A DNA stretch of 53,077 nucleotides from a virus (Duplodnaviria > Caudoviricetes), in the IMG/VR virus record IMGVR_UViG_3300045996_001542, positions 1 to 53,077 of that record; one strand, 5' to 3'. Numbering within the stretch: position 1 is the first letter of the stretch; each line of letters opens with the position of its first letter. Below, in pieces: positions 8,762 to 18,182 of the stretch. The translations under genes were made by a program, and so were the position numbers. The notes under the pieces were generated by a model. It saw only the letters and a list, made by a program, of their open reading frames with translations, did not search any database and was not told the DNA's origin.

Positions 8762-9065
8762 ATGGTGGGTCTACGCCACCGCGATGGCTGCGTCCGTGCT
8801 CGGCGTGGCCCGGATCGTGCGGCTGGTCGTGTTCGACGACTTCCCGCCGTCGGTCGTGGTGCGCGCCTGGTGGACCGGCGTCACCCGCAACGGCCCCTGG
8901 GCGCAGATCGTGAAATGCGGGTTCTGCCTGTCCCCGTACCTGATGGTCATCTCCTGGGCGTGGGGCTGGGCATCCAACCTGCACTGGACCTGGTGGGTCG
9001 CCCACCTGTTCGCCGCCGCCGCCTATCTTGCGTCGATCGTCGTCGCATACGACCAACCCGAATAG
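8748..9065 (+). CDS. Membrane protein, DUF1360-like
   Basis: ARIVRLVVFD...CGFCLSPY with hydrophobic segments; TTG start after AAGGAGG. Confidence 0.7.
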   Translation: MLSHEWWVYATAMAASVLGVARIVRLVVFDDFPPSVVVRAWWTGVTRNGPWAQIVKCGFCLSPYLMVISWAWGWASNLHWTWWVAHLFAAAAYLASIVVAYDQPE

Positions 9066-9132
9066 CCAGTTCTAACTCTTTGCATGTAGACGGGCCAGGC
9101 CGCGGGCCCCTTCCAGTACCCGGGAGGGCAAG

Positions 9133-10944
9133 ATGCCGCGCGCGCCACGCCGTAGCACCACCACAGGCCGGGGCAACGCCCTCGACGCGGCCGTTGAGGG
9201 CGTTGCCCCCCGCACGATGATCGCCGCCGCGCAGCGCATGCGGGCCACCACCGACATCCGCCGCATCTCCCAGTCCGCCGACGGGTGGGCCAAGGAGGCG
9301 TGGCGGTTCTACGACACGATCGGCGAGTTCCGCTACGCCGTGGACTGGGTCGCACAGATGATCGCCAAGGCGACCATCCTGATCAGCCGCGACGGGCAGC
9401 CCGTCGCCGAGACCGACCCCGCGATCGGGCAGGTGCAGTGGATCGGGGACCTGTTCGGGTCCGAGCAGGTCCGCACCGAGATGCTGCGCAACATCGGCGT
9501 GCACCTGACCGTGGCCGGCGAGTGCTACCTGGTGGGCACCACGGTGCGCGGCGGCGACCACTGGCAGGTCGCGGCAGCGTGCGAGCTGACGCAGCGCGGC
9601 AAGAAGTTCTACCTGGCGGGGCAGCCCATCGAGTCCACCACCGAGCCGTTCCTGCTGCGGATCTGGCGCCCCCACCCGCGCAAGCCGCACGAGGCGAACG
9701 CGCCGTCCCGGGCCGTGCTGCCGATCCTGGCCGAGATGGACGCCCTGACCAAGCGGATCTTCGCGGAGATCGACTCCCGCCTGGCCGGCGCCGGCATCCT
9801 GTTCGTGCCGTCCGAGTTCACGCTGCCCACCCCCACCCAGACGAACGAGTCCGGGGACCAGGAGCGGCCCGGGTCCACCGCCGACCAGTTCCAGGCCGCG
9901 ATCACCTCCGCGATCATCGAGTCGATCGGGGACCAGTCCTCCGCCTCGGCGCGCTCCCCGATCGTGGTCACCGTCCCGGGCGACCGGATCGACCAGATCA
10001 CGCACCTCACGTTCGCCACCCCGATGGACGAGCGGGTCAAGGAGCTGCGCGACGAGGCGATCCGCCGCCTCGCGCTGGGCATGGACCTGCCGCCGGAAAT
10101 CATGACCGGGATGGCGGACACCAACCACTGGACCGCGTGGAACGTGGACGAGTCCGCGATCAAGGTCCACGCCGAGCCGCTGCTGGACCTGATCACCGAC
10201 TCCCTGACCACGGGCCTGCTGTGGCCGCTGCTGGACGCCGCCGGCATCGAGGACGTCGAGCAGTACGCGGTCGGGTCCGACACCGCGGAGATGCGGCTGC
10301 GCCCCGACCGGTCCCGGGAGGCGTTCGAGCTGTACGACCGGGGCGTGATCAACCCGGTCGCGCTGCGCCGCGAGGTCGGGTTCGACGAGATGGACGCCCC
10401 CGCCGACGACGAGGTGCGCGCGTTCTTCCTGCGCAAGGTTGCCGCCGGGCAGACCACCCCGGAGCTGGTGGCCGCCGCGCTGCAGGAGCTGGGCGTCAAC
10501 CTGAGCCCCGCACCGGCCACGCCCGGCAACGCGGTCGAGGCGCGCCCCACACCGTCCCTGCGGGAGCACCCCAACGAGGGCCCGCCGAACGGCGGCGAGG
10601 TGCCCGAGGGGCTGATCTCCGCGGCCGACGTCATCGTGCACCGCGCCCTGGAACGTGCCGGGAACCGGCTGCGTACCCGCACCGGCTCGAAGCTGACGTG
10701 CCCGGCCGGGGAGCTGTACCTGCACCAGCCGGTCAGCGCGTCGATGGCCGACGACGTCCTGACGGACGCGTTCGGGTCGCTGCACCGGTACGTCGCGTGC
10801 CGGCAGGCCGACCAGGACGTCCTGGAGGCCGCGTTGGACGCGTACTGCCGGGCGCTGCTGACCACCGGGCGTGCACACTCCCCGGCGCTGATGGCCCCCT
10901 ACCTGGGGCGGGCGCTGTCCATGGCCAACGAGAGGGCGGCGTGA
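9133..10944 (+). CDS. Portal protein
   Basis: Position after terL; LTVAGECYL, IWRPHP, SRLAGAGILFVP, RLALGMDLPPE, NHWTAW motifs of actinophage portals. Confidence 0.9.
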   Translation: MPRAPRRSTTTGRGNALDAAVEGVAPRTMIAAAQRMRATTDIRRISQSADGWAKEAWRFYDTIGEFRYAVDWVAQMIAKATILISRDGQPVAETDPAIGQVQWIGDLFGSEQVRTEMLRNIGVHLTVAGECYLVGTTVRGGDHWQVAAACELTQRGKKFYLAGQPIESTTEPFLLRIWRPHPRKPHEANAPSRAVLPILAEMDALTKRIFAEIDSRLAGAGILFVPSEFTLPTPTQTNESGDQERPGSTADQFQAAITSAIIESIGDQSSASARSPIVVTVPGDRIDQITHLTFATPMDERVKELRDEAIRRLALGMDLPPEIMTGMADTNHWTAWNVDESAIKVHAEPLLDLITDSLTTGLLWPLLDAAGIEDVEQYAVGSDTAEMRLRPDRSREAFELYDRGVINPVALRREVGFDEMDAPADDEVRAFFLRKVAAGQTTPELVAAALQELGVNLSPAPATPGNAVEARPTPSLREHPNEGPPNGGEVPEGLISAADVIVHRALERAGNRLRTRTGSKLTCPAGELYLHQPVSASMADDVLTDAFGSLHRYVACRQADQDVLEAALDAYCRALLTTGRAHSPALMAPYLGRALSMANERAA

Positions 10945-13619
10945 TGAGCACCCCGACGACGATGGACCTGTCCGCGCAGGTAGAGGCGTTCGCCGCGCAG
11001 CGCGCGACCCGCCTGACCGAGAAGGACGAGGAGCTGCGGGCCGTGGTCACCGCCGCCCTGGCCGACCGCCTGGCCGGCGTCCAGGAGTGGGCCAGGGAGC
11101 TGGCCATCGCGGCGGCCGTGCTGTGGCTGGAGACGTACGAGGCGGAAGGCGGCCAGCCGGAGCCCGGGAACGTCGACATGTTCGTGGAACGGCTGACCGC
11201 CAGGCTCGAACTTACGGCCAACGTCCCCATCTCGCAGCGCCAGGCGCAGATCGAACGGGTCACGACCTGGGTGTCGGTGTTCACCCTGAACGACGCCACC
11301 GTCGCGGCCGTGACCAGCCGCGGCGACGAGGACCTGCGGCTGCGGTGGGTCACGATGCGTGACGAGGACGTGCGCGCCATCCACCGGCCGCTGGAGGGGC
11401 AGACCATCACCCCGGGCGGTACTTTCGACGTGAACGGGCACGCCCTGCACTTCCCGGGTGAACCCGTCGGGCCGCCAGAAGTTTGGATCAGTTGCCGCTG
11501 CATGGCAATGCCAGTCTCTGGAGGCGAGATGTCGACCCTGACCGCTGCGACCACCCCGGGCGCGGTAGCCGAGCCCGTCGTCGACCCCGAACCGGTCGAG
11601 GCCGAGGACGTGCCGCCCGAGTGGGACGACGAGATGGACATCGAGGTCCCCTGGCACGGCATCCTCGCCGTGGAGGGCATCCCCACCGGGGACCTGCGCC
11701 GCTTCGCTTCCCAGGCCCTCACGTTCGACGAGTTCCCGCTGTCCCTGACCTGGCAGCGCGCCTCGGCCGAGCGGCACGACGGCGCCGTCGTCGTCGGCCG
11801 GATCACGAACGCGTGGACCGACCCGGACGGCCTGGTGCGCGGGGAGGGCATGTTCCGCGTCTCCCCGGAGGCCGACGAGGTGATCGACATGATCGCCAAC
11901 GGCGACATCCGTGGCGTCTCGGTCGAGCTGGACTCCCTGGCGATGGAGTACTCCGACGCCGACGGCAACCCGATCGACCTCGAGGCCGCGCGCGACGACG
12001 GGGAGGTCTACCAGCACCTCACCGCCGGCCGGGTCCGGTCGGCCACCGTGCTGCCGGTGGCCGCGTTCGCCGAGTCGTACGTCGCGCTGGGCCCCTGGCC
12101 CGAGGAGGAGAGCGTCACCGCGTCCTGCGCGCCGTGCGAAGCGGCCGAGATGGACGACTACGCGGCCGACCTGGCGGCGTTCGCGATCTCCGAGGCGTCG
12201 TGGGACGGGTCGGCGTCCCGGTACGACGACGAGCAGTGGACCCGCGCCACGGTCGTGGACCGCGGCGAGTCGTTCGCCACCGCCAAGGAGCGCTACGCCG
12301 TCCCGATCCGGGAGCCCAACGGGGACCTCAGCCGCGCCGGGGTGCACGCCGCCGCCGGGCGCATCGACCAGACCGACGCCCCGCCGGACGCGATCGCGGC
12401 CGGGAAGCGCAAGATCATCGCGGCCTACAAGGAGCTGGGCGAGGACCCGCCCGAGGGCCTGACCGCGTCCGCGTTCGGGGTCACGTCCAACCCCACCACC
12501 CATGACGGACCCGGGTGGGTGTCCCACCCCGCCGACACTCAGCGGCTGCGCACGTACTGGAGTGAGGGCGAGGGCGCCGCGAAGATCCGCTGGGGCCAGC
12601 CGGGTGATTTTAATCGCTGTCGCCGGCAGCTCGCGAAGTACGTGCCTAACCCGTCCTACCTGGCCGGCACGTGCGCGAACCTGCACTACGTCGCGCTGGG
12701 CGTGTGGCCCGGCCGGCACTCCCAGACTGCCTCGGCTTCCCCTGGAGTTTCCGAGGCAGGTGTGCTGGCGGCGCCTGGCGAGGCGCCCGAACCAGAGGTG
12801 GCCGCGACGTCGCCAGCACCCAACCTTGCCGACCCGGCGGACCTGCCTCGCGCGGAGTGGTTCCGCGACCCGGGCCTGCCGATGCCGTCGCCGATCACGA
12901 TCGTGCAGGACAAGGACACCGGCCGGTACCGGCTGGTCGGGCACGCCGCGCAGTGGGGGGTGTGCCACATCGGGCTCGGGCTGAGCGTCGGGGACGGCGG
13001 CTGCACCACGGCGCCGCACTCGGTGACGAACTACGCCTACTACCGCACCGGGGCGGTGGAGACCGACCAGGGCCTGGTGCCGACCGGCGCGATCACGATG
13101 GCGACGGGTCACGCCGGGTCGACCCTGGGCCCGGCGCCGGCCGCCGCGCACTACGACAACACCGGGACCGTGATCGCCGACGTCTCGGCCGGCGAGGACG
13201 AGCACGGCATCTGGGTGGCCGGGCTGCTGCGCCCGAACGTGACGGCCGAACAGCGCGCCGAGCTGCTGGCCGCGACCCTGTCGGGTGACTGGCGGTGGAT
13301 CGGCGGGAACCTGGAGATGGTCGCCACCCTCGCCGTCAACACCCCCGGGTTCCCGATCCCGCGCCTGGCCGTGGCCGCGTCCGGTGGCCGCCAGACGGCG
13401 CTGTTCGCCGCCGGGATCGTGCCGCCGCGGACCACCGTCGGCGAGGCGGACGGCGCGGCCGTCCTGGTCTCGGCCACCGAGGTGGCCCGCGAGCTGCACC
13501 GCCTGGCGAAGGCCGACGCCGCCCGGGAGCAGGCGCTGGCCGCCCTGGACGCCACGCGCAGAAGTGTCAACTCTGAAAGGGCCGCCCAGGCGCTTTCTGT
13601 CATCGCCAGCGGAAAGTGA
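10944..13619 (+). CDS. MuF-like minor head / capsid maturation protease fusion (about 891 aa)
   Basis: TGATG overlap with portal; MuF-like WVTMRDEDVRAIH...FPGEP...CRC; protease-like H..A.VVGRI...GVSV.LD; further modules and C-terminal LSGDWR...AVNTPGFP. Confidence 0.85.
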   Translation: MSTPTTMDLSAQVEAFAAQRATRLTEKDEELRAVVTAALADRLAGVQEWARELAIAAAVLWLETYEAEGGQPEPGNVDMFVERLTARLELTANVPISQRQAQIERVTTWVSVFTLNDATVAAVTSRGDEDLRLRWVTMRDEDVRAIHRPLEGQTITPGGTFDVNGHALHFPGEPVGPPEVWISCRCMAMPVSGGEMSTLTAATTPGAVAEPVVDPEPVEAEDVPPEWDDEMDIEVPWHGILAVEGIPTGDLRRFASQALTFDEFPLSLTWQRASAERHDGAVVVGRITNAWTDPDGLVRGEGMFRVSPEADEVIDMIANGDIRGVSVELDSLAMEYSDADGNPIDLEAARDDGEVYQHLTAGRVRSATVLPVAAFAESYVALGPWPEEESVTASCAPCEAAEMDDYAADLAAFAISEASWDGSASRYDDEQWTRATVVDRGESFATAKERYAVPIREPNGDLSRAGVHAAAGRIDQTDAPPDAIAAGKRKIIAAYKELGEDPPEGLTASAFGVTSNPTTHDGPGWVSHPADTQRLRTYWSEGEGAAKIRWGQPGDFNRCRRQLAKYVPNPSYLAGTCANLHYVALGVWPGRHSQTASASPGVSEAGVLAAPGEAPEPEVAATSPAPNLADPADLPRAEWFRDPGLPMPSPITIVQDKDTGRYRLVGHAAQWGVCHIGLGLSVGDGGCTTAPHSVTNYAYYRTGAVETDQGLVPTGAITMATGHAGSTLGPAPAAAHYDNTGTVIADVSAGEDEHGIWVAGLLRPNVTAEQRAELLAATLSGDWRWIGGNLEMVATLAVNTPGFPIPRLAVAASGGRQTALFAAGIVPPRTTVGEADGAAVLVSATEVARELHRLAKADAAREQALAALDATRRSVNSERAAQALSVIASGK

Positions 13620-13626
13620 GACACCC

Positions 13627-13782
13627 ATGCCCTGCGCATGCAACAAGAAGAAGAACACCGTCGAGTACGTCGTGACCTACCCGGACGGGTCCACCGTCAC
13701 CCAGAACAGCGAGCTGGAGGCCAAGACCCTGGCGACCAAGGTCGGCGGGCGGTACTCGGCCCGGACCAAGCAGCCTGCGTAA
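13627..13782 (+). CDS. Small conserved-type protein (MPCACNKKK...)
   Basis: CxC start, YVVTYPDGS; its TAA lies inside the palindrome. Confidence 0.7.
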   Translation: MPCACNKKKNTVEYVVTYPDGSTVTQNSELEAKTLATKVGGRYSARTKQPA

Positions 13783-13792
13783 CCGTTACGCA
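13776..13792. promoter_or_regulatory. 17-bp palindrome copy 2
   Basis: TGCGTAACCGTTACGCA; contains the stop codons of both convergent genes. Confidence 0.9.
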
Positions 13793-14550
13793 GCGTCGTT
13801 CGCGGCGGCGCGGTTCAGGGCGTTGTACACCGTCTGCCTGGACACGGTCAGCTTCTCCGCGATCTTCGCCTTGGACATGCCCTCGCTGTTCAGCTGGACG
13901 ATCATCATGTCTCGCGCCTCCATGTCCAGCGTGGACAGGTTGGACACCGTGGGGATCGGGCCGCTGTCCACGTTGACGATCTCGCTGGACACGGGGGTGG
14001 GCACGCTGCTGGACACGGGGGTGTCCACGGTGGACGGCGCGGCCTTGACCACCCTGGACGGCTTGGACACCTGGCGTGTGCGGGTCTTGACGCTCGGGGT
14101 GGACGGCGTGTCCAGGCTGGGGCGGATGATGATGCGGTCCGCGATCTCGTGTGTGCCCAGCAGGGAACCGACCGGGATCAGTCCAGCCAGCACGGCGCCC
14201 ACCACACCCTCGTAGCCCTGCGGGCCGTTCAGCCAGGCGTGGGCGGTGTTCGCGCCGGACGACACCGCTGTCCAGAGGCCGACCCACATCCACGGGCGGA
14301 CGGACGACTCGCCCTCGGCGCGGGCCGCGATCGCGGCGTAGGTGTACACGATGATCGCGCCGTCGATGAACACCGGCAGCAGCGGGCCCAGGTAGATGGG
14401 CAGCGCCATCCACTCGGCCAGGGTGGACACCGCGGCGTAGCTCAGGACGAAGCTGACGCACACGATCAGCGCGATCGAGTAGATCGCGAACAGAACCGGC
14501 CCACGTGCCGCGGGGTCGACGCGTAGGACATTGCGCTGCATCTTGGACAT
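13786..14550 (-). CDS. DUF2637-like multi-pass membrane protein with C-terminal HTH
   Basis: SFVLSYAAVSTLA, LLPVFIDGAIIV, SSGANTAHA; four hydrophobic helices; GMSKAKIAEKLTVSRQTVYNAL. Confidence 0.75.
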   Translation of the reverse strand: MSKMQRNVLRVDPAARGPVLFAIYSIALIVCVSFVLSYAAVSTLAEWMALPIYLGPLLPVFIDGAIIVYTYAAIAARAEGESSVRPWMWVGLWTAVSSGANTAHAWLNGPQGYEGVVGAVLAGLIPVGSLLGTHEIADRIIIRPSLDTPSTPSVKTRTRQVSKPSRVVKAAPSTVDTPVSSSVPTPVSSEIVNVDSGPIPTVSNLSTLDMEARDMMIVQLNSEGMSKAKIAEKLTVSRQTVYNALNRAAANDAA

Positions 14551-14685
14551 GCCCGCGACGATATCGGTGACACCAAATTTGCGTCCAACTTGCCGCGGCG
14601 TGTTGCACGGGAGAGTCTTGCTCCCAGAAGCGGTACCCCGGTCTCGGCATAGCCGGTCCAGGTTTTCAACCTGTTCCTGCTGGCC

Positions 14686-16347
14686 ATGGAGACCGCCGTG
14701 GATTTCGAGATCCCCGATGACATCACCGCTCTTTCCGACGAAGACCTGGCGACCGCTCTTTCTGGCGCCCTGAGCGCGGCGCGCGCATTCGAGAACGAGG
14801 GCGACGACCTTACCGACGAGCAGGTCGAGCGCCTGGTCGCTCTGGCCGGCTTCGCCACCGCCGCCCGCCAGGCCCAGGCCGAGCGCGTCCAGGCTGCCGC
14901 CGACCGTGCCGACCGCGCCGCCGCGGCCCGTGCCGAGCTGGCCGAGCCGGAGCCCGAGCCGGAGCCCGAGCCCGCCGAAGAGCCCGAGCCGGAGCCGGAG
15001 CCCGCACCCGAGCCCGTCGCCGCCGGGGTCGCCGCATCCGCGCCGCGCGTCAGCGTCGTGACCCAGGCCACCGCCGCCACCGTCGGGCGCACCACCACCC
15101 CGGCCGTGCCGGCACGGGTCCTGCCCGCGCTGACCGCGTCGGCCGACGTGCCCGGCTACTCCACCGGCGGGAAGATCGACGACCTCACCGACATCGGTGA
15201 CGCCATGGTCTCCCGCATGCGGGGCCTGCCCACCGCGCGCCTGGGCGGCGACCAGGGCATCCGCACCCGCCACTCGGTGGCGAAGGTCGACCTGGGCCCC
15301 TCGCGTTCCGACGGCCTGATCCAGAACAACTACCGCGACGACAACGAGCTGCTGGTCGCCGCGTCCAAGGCGTCGCGCCTGCCGGGCGGTTCACTGACCG
15401 CGGCCGGCGGCTGGTGTGCGCCCTCGGAGACCCTGTACGACCTGTGCTCCATCGCGTCGACCGACGGGCTGCTGGACCTGCCCACGATCCAGGTCAACCG
15501 TGGCGGCATCCGGTTCACCAAGGCCCCCACGTTCGCGGACATCTACGCCGAGGCCGCCGGGTGGAACTACACCGAGGCCCAGGTCATCGCGGGCGTCACC
15601 AAGCCCTGCGCGGAGATCACCTGCCCGCCGTTCCAGGAGGTCCGGCTCAACGCCCTGGGCCTGTGCATCCGGGCACCTCTGCTGACCCAGGCCGCCTACC
15701 CGGAGCTGGTGCGGCACTGGATCGAGCAGCTGCTCATCGCCCACCAGCACATCGTGGACACCTGGCGGATCGGCGAGATCGTCGATGGCTCCACGGCGCT
15801 GGACGCCACCGGCGACTTCCAGACCACCGTGGACGGCATCGCGAAGCTGGAGCAGATCGCGAACTGGGTGCGCCAGTCCAGCCGCATGCCGTTCAACCAG
15901 GCCCTGGAGATGCTGGTCCCGTTCTGGTTCCGCACCACGGTCCGCGCGGACCTGGCCCGCCGTACCGGCGTCGACATGATCAACGTCTCCGACGCCACGA
16001 TCGAGGCCTACTTCTCGGCGCGCGGCATCGCCATCCAGTGGCTGTACAACTTCCAGCCGCTGGTCAACACCGCCGGCGTGGTGGACACGCCCGACGAGAT
16101 GAACGTCGTGGTCTACCCCTCGGGCGCCTGGGTGTCCGGCACCACCGACGTCATCAGCCTGGACGCGGTGTACGACTCCACGAGCCTGGCCGCCAACGAG
16201 TACACGGCGCTGTTCGCGGAGACCGGCGAGCTGATCGTGAACCCCTGCTTCGACTCGTACCTGATCACCCTGCCCACGTGCGCCAGTGGCCGCACCGGTG
16301 CCGCTGATCTGGCTACGTGCACCCTCAGCGCCGTCGAGGCGCCGTGA
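14686..16347 (+). CDS. Major capsid (hexamer-type) protein with N-terminal scaffold-like extension
   Basis: Acidic helical N-terminus with EPEPEP linker; LTAAGGWCAPSETLYD, RGGIRF, KPC..I.CPPF, LDAVYDS. Confidence 0.9.
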   Translation: METAVDFEIPDDITALSDEDLATALSGALSAARAFENEGDDLTDEQVERLVALAGFATAARQAQAERVQAAADRADRAAAARAELAEPEPEPEPEPAEEPEPEPEPAPEPVAAGVAASAPRVSVVTQATAATVGRTTTPAVPARVLPALTASADVPGYSTGGKIDDLTDIGDAMVSRMRGLPTARLGGDQGIRTRHSVAKVDLGPSRSDGLIQNNYRDDNELLVAASKASRLPGGSLTAAGGWCAPSETLYDLCSIASTDGLLDLPTIQVNRGGIRFTKAPTFADIYAEAAGWNYTEAQVIAGVTKPCAEITCPPFQEVRLNALGLCIRAPLLTQAAYPELVRHWIEQLLIAHQHIVDTWRIGEIVDGSTALDATGDFQTTVDGIAKLEQIANWVRQSSRMPFNQALEMLVPFWFRTTVRADLARRTGVDMINVSDATIEAYFSARGIAIQWLYNFQPLVNTAGVVDTPDEMNVVVYPSGAWVSGTTDVISLDAVYDSTSLAANEYTALFAETGELIVNPCFDSYLITLPTCASGRTGAADLATCTLSAVEAP

Positions 16348-16352
16348 TTCCT

Positions 16353-16393
16353 CCCGTCCCCGCGCTTCAGGCGGCCCTGGGCGTGGGGACGGG
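16353..16393 (+). terminator. Long hairpin between the two capsid genes
   Basis: CCCGTCCCCGCGC...GCGTGGGGACGGG with an inner CAGG/CCTG stem. Confidence 0.55.
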
Positions 16394-16426
16394 TTGGCCA
16401 TCTCCCACGAGAGGAGGTGAGGGCCG

Positions 16427-17188
16427 ATGGTGACTCTGGCACCTATCCGTGTCGAGCCGCCGACCGTTCGCCCCTACCTGGGGGGCCTGCTGTCGGTCGC
16501 CGACGTCGTCGACAACACCGACCCGCACGCCGGGATGGGTGTGGAGTACTACACCTACCTGTGCTCCCTGGGCGGTATCGCCCCGGGCATGTGCGAGGTG
16601 CCCGACGGCGTCACGTTCGACGCCACGAAGCGGTTCGAGTCCGGTGACCTGGTCACCGCTGCGCCGTTCGCGGTGTACGCGGGCATCCAGTGCGACCTGT
16701 TCGGCGCCCCGTACACCGGCCAGGTCACGGCGAAGCTGGCCGGGACCGAGGAGTACGCCGTGTCCCGGGCGTTCTTCCAGCAGCTGTTCCAGGGCGACAA
16801 CGACCCGGCGCCTGTGCAGGTCGCGACCGACCTGACCGACATCCCCGACGCGATCGGGGAGCTGGAGCAGTTCGCGGCCGTGGCGTACGCCGGGATGCCG
16901 GTCCTGCACATGAACCGGCGCACCGCCGCGAACGCGATCTCCTGCCACTCGGCCTTCCAGTCCCTGGACGGGACGTTGCTGACCGGTCAGGGGACCCCGA
17001 TCGCGAACGCGCCCGGCTACCCGGACGGCGTCATCTTCGTCACCGGCGCCGTGCACGGGTGGCGCACCCCCGTGCAGGTCTACGACGTGCCGGACACCAG
17101 CCAGAACAGCCACTACTCGCTGGCGGAGCGGATCTGGTCGATCGGCTCGGAGTGCTTCCTGGCCTACGCAGGGACCTTGCCGTCGTGA
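16427..17188 (+). CDS. Second capsid-type protein (pentamer-like)
   Basis: Follows the MCP; GGLLSVA, PFAVYAGIQC, IGELEQ, GTPI...PGY, N...LAER; AGGAGG RBS. Confidence 0.7.
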   Translation: MVTLAPIRVEPPTVRPYLGGLLSVADVVDNTDPHAGMGVEYYTYLCSLGGIAPGMCEVPDGVTFDATKRFESGDLVTAAPFAVYAGIQCDLFGAPYTGQVTAKLAGTEEYAVSRAFFQQLFQGDNDPAPVQVATDLTDIPDAIGELEQFAAVAYAGMPVLHMNRRTAANAISCHSAFQSLDGTLLTGQGTPIANAPGYPDGVIFVTGAVHGWRTPVQVYDVPDTSQNSHYSLAERIWSIGSECFLAYAGTLPS

Positions 17189-17460
17189 TCACCGTCGCCG
17201 AGGTCTACGTCGCCGGGCTCACCCAGGAAAACGCCCGGACCCTGATCGACCGCGCCCACGAGCTGGGGCTGCCGGCGTCGGTCGTGCGCACCGTGGACGG
17301 CGGCTTCATCGTCCCGACCGTAGTAGCGGAGGAATCCGACGCTACTCCTCCTACTCCTACCCCCGCCAAGGCCAAGCGCACCCCGGCGCGCAAGGCCAAG
17401 CCCCAGCCCCAGTCCGCCGAAGACACGACGGCGGACGCCGTCGCGAGCGAGGAGGGCTGA
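17185..17460 (+). CDS. Hypothetical virion-region protein
   Basis: GTGA overlap; NARTLIDRAHELGLPASVVRTVDGGFIVP. Confidence 0.7.
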   Translation: MITVAEVYVAGLTQENARTLIDRAHELGLPASVVRTVDGGFIVPTVVAEESDATPPTPTPAKAKRTPARKAKPQPQSAEDTTADAVASEEG

Positions 17461-17468
17461 TGGCTCAG

Positions 17469-18140
17469 TCAGGCGGCCTTCCGCTTCGCCCGGTGGCGCT
17501 CCTCGCGCTCGCGCTGGCAGACCCGGCACTGGCGTGTGCCGTTCTTGCGCACGTACGCGTCGGCCAGGTCGTGGCCCCTCTTGCAGGTGTCCCGGCGCGC
17601 CGCGAGGCGGGGAGTGGGGAGCGGCGCGAGGCCCTGCTCGATGAGGCGACGCCGCTCGCTGGCCTCCTTCACGTACTCATCTCGGCAGGCGCCGCAGTAC
17701 GGCGTCCGGTCCTTGCCAACGACGCGTCGCGCCTCAGCCATCAGGTGCAGCCCACGCTTGCACCGCTCCTGGGGGCCCGAGCCGGTCATGGACGATCCAC
17801 GGCTGTTTTGCCCGTAAGTCATCGCCGCCAGGTGGTCGGGGTTCACGCAGGCGCGGTGGGGGCAGGTGCGCCCGCCGGCGCACTCGCCTCTGGCGGAGGC
17901 CTCGTCGTGGCAGACGTGGCCGACGACCAGGCCCTCGGGGATAGGGCCGACGTGGTGCTCGTAGGAGACGACGTGGGCCAGGCGTCGATCACGCTTCCCG
18001 CCGACGAGGCCGTAGCCGGCGCCCGTCTTCCCGGCGGTGAAGGTCCAGCAGCCCCCAGCTGGGCTCCGCTCAACGCTGCGCATGACGCGCTCGATCAGGG
18101 GTACGGCCGCCAGTTCGGCGGACCTTCGAGTCGATGGCAC
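17469..18140 (-). CDS. HNH (His-Cys box type) homing endonuclease
   Basis: GCWTFTAG...GYG...AHVVSYE..VGPIPEGLVVGHVC...ACVNPDHL...N; two CKRGH-like repeats. Start uncertain. Confidence 0.85.
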   Translation of the reverse strand: MPSTRRSAELAAVPLIERVMRSVERSPAGGCWTFTAGKTGAGYGLVGGKRDRRLAHVVSYEHHVGPIPEGLVVGHVCHDEASARGECAGGRTCPHRACVNPDHLAAMTYGQNSRGSSMTGSGPQERCKRGLHLMAEARRVVGKDRTPYCGACRDEYVKEASERRRLIEQGLAPLPTPRLAARRDTCKRGHDLADAYVRKNGTRQCRVCQREREERHRAKRKAA

Positions 18141-18182
18141 GACCGGCACGATAACACGTCTTCCGGAAAGGACTGAGCCATT

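Noticed and set aside
9285-10943. 5' extension of the 1444-aa ORF overlapping the portal
   Set aside because: Arg/Gly/Pro-rich off-frame translation. The real start is the TGATG-coupled ATG at 10944.
14935-15015. GAGCCG/GAGCCC tandem repeats
   Set aside because: Encodes the EPEPEP linker of the capsid protein; ordinary low-complexity coding sequence.
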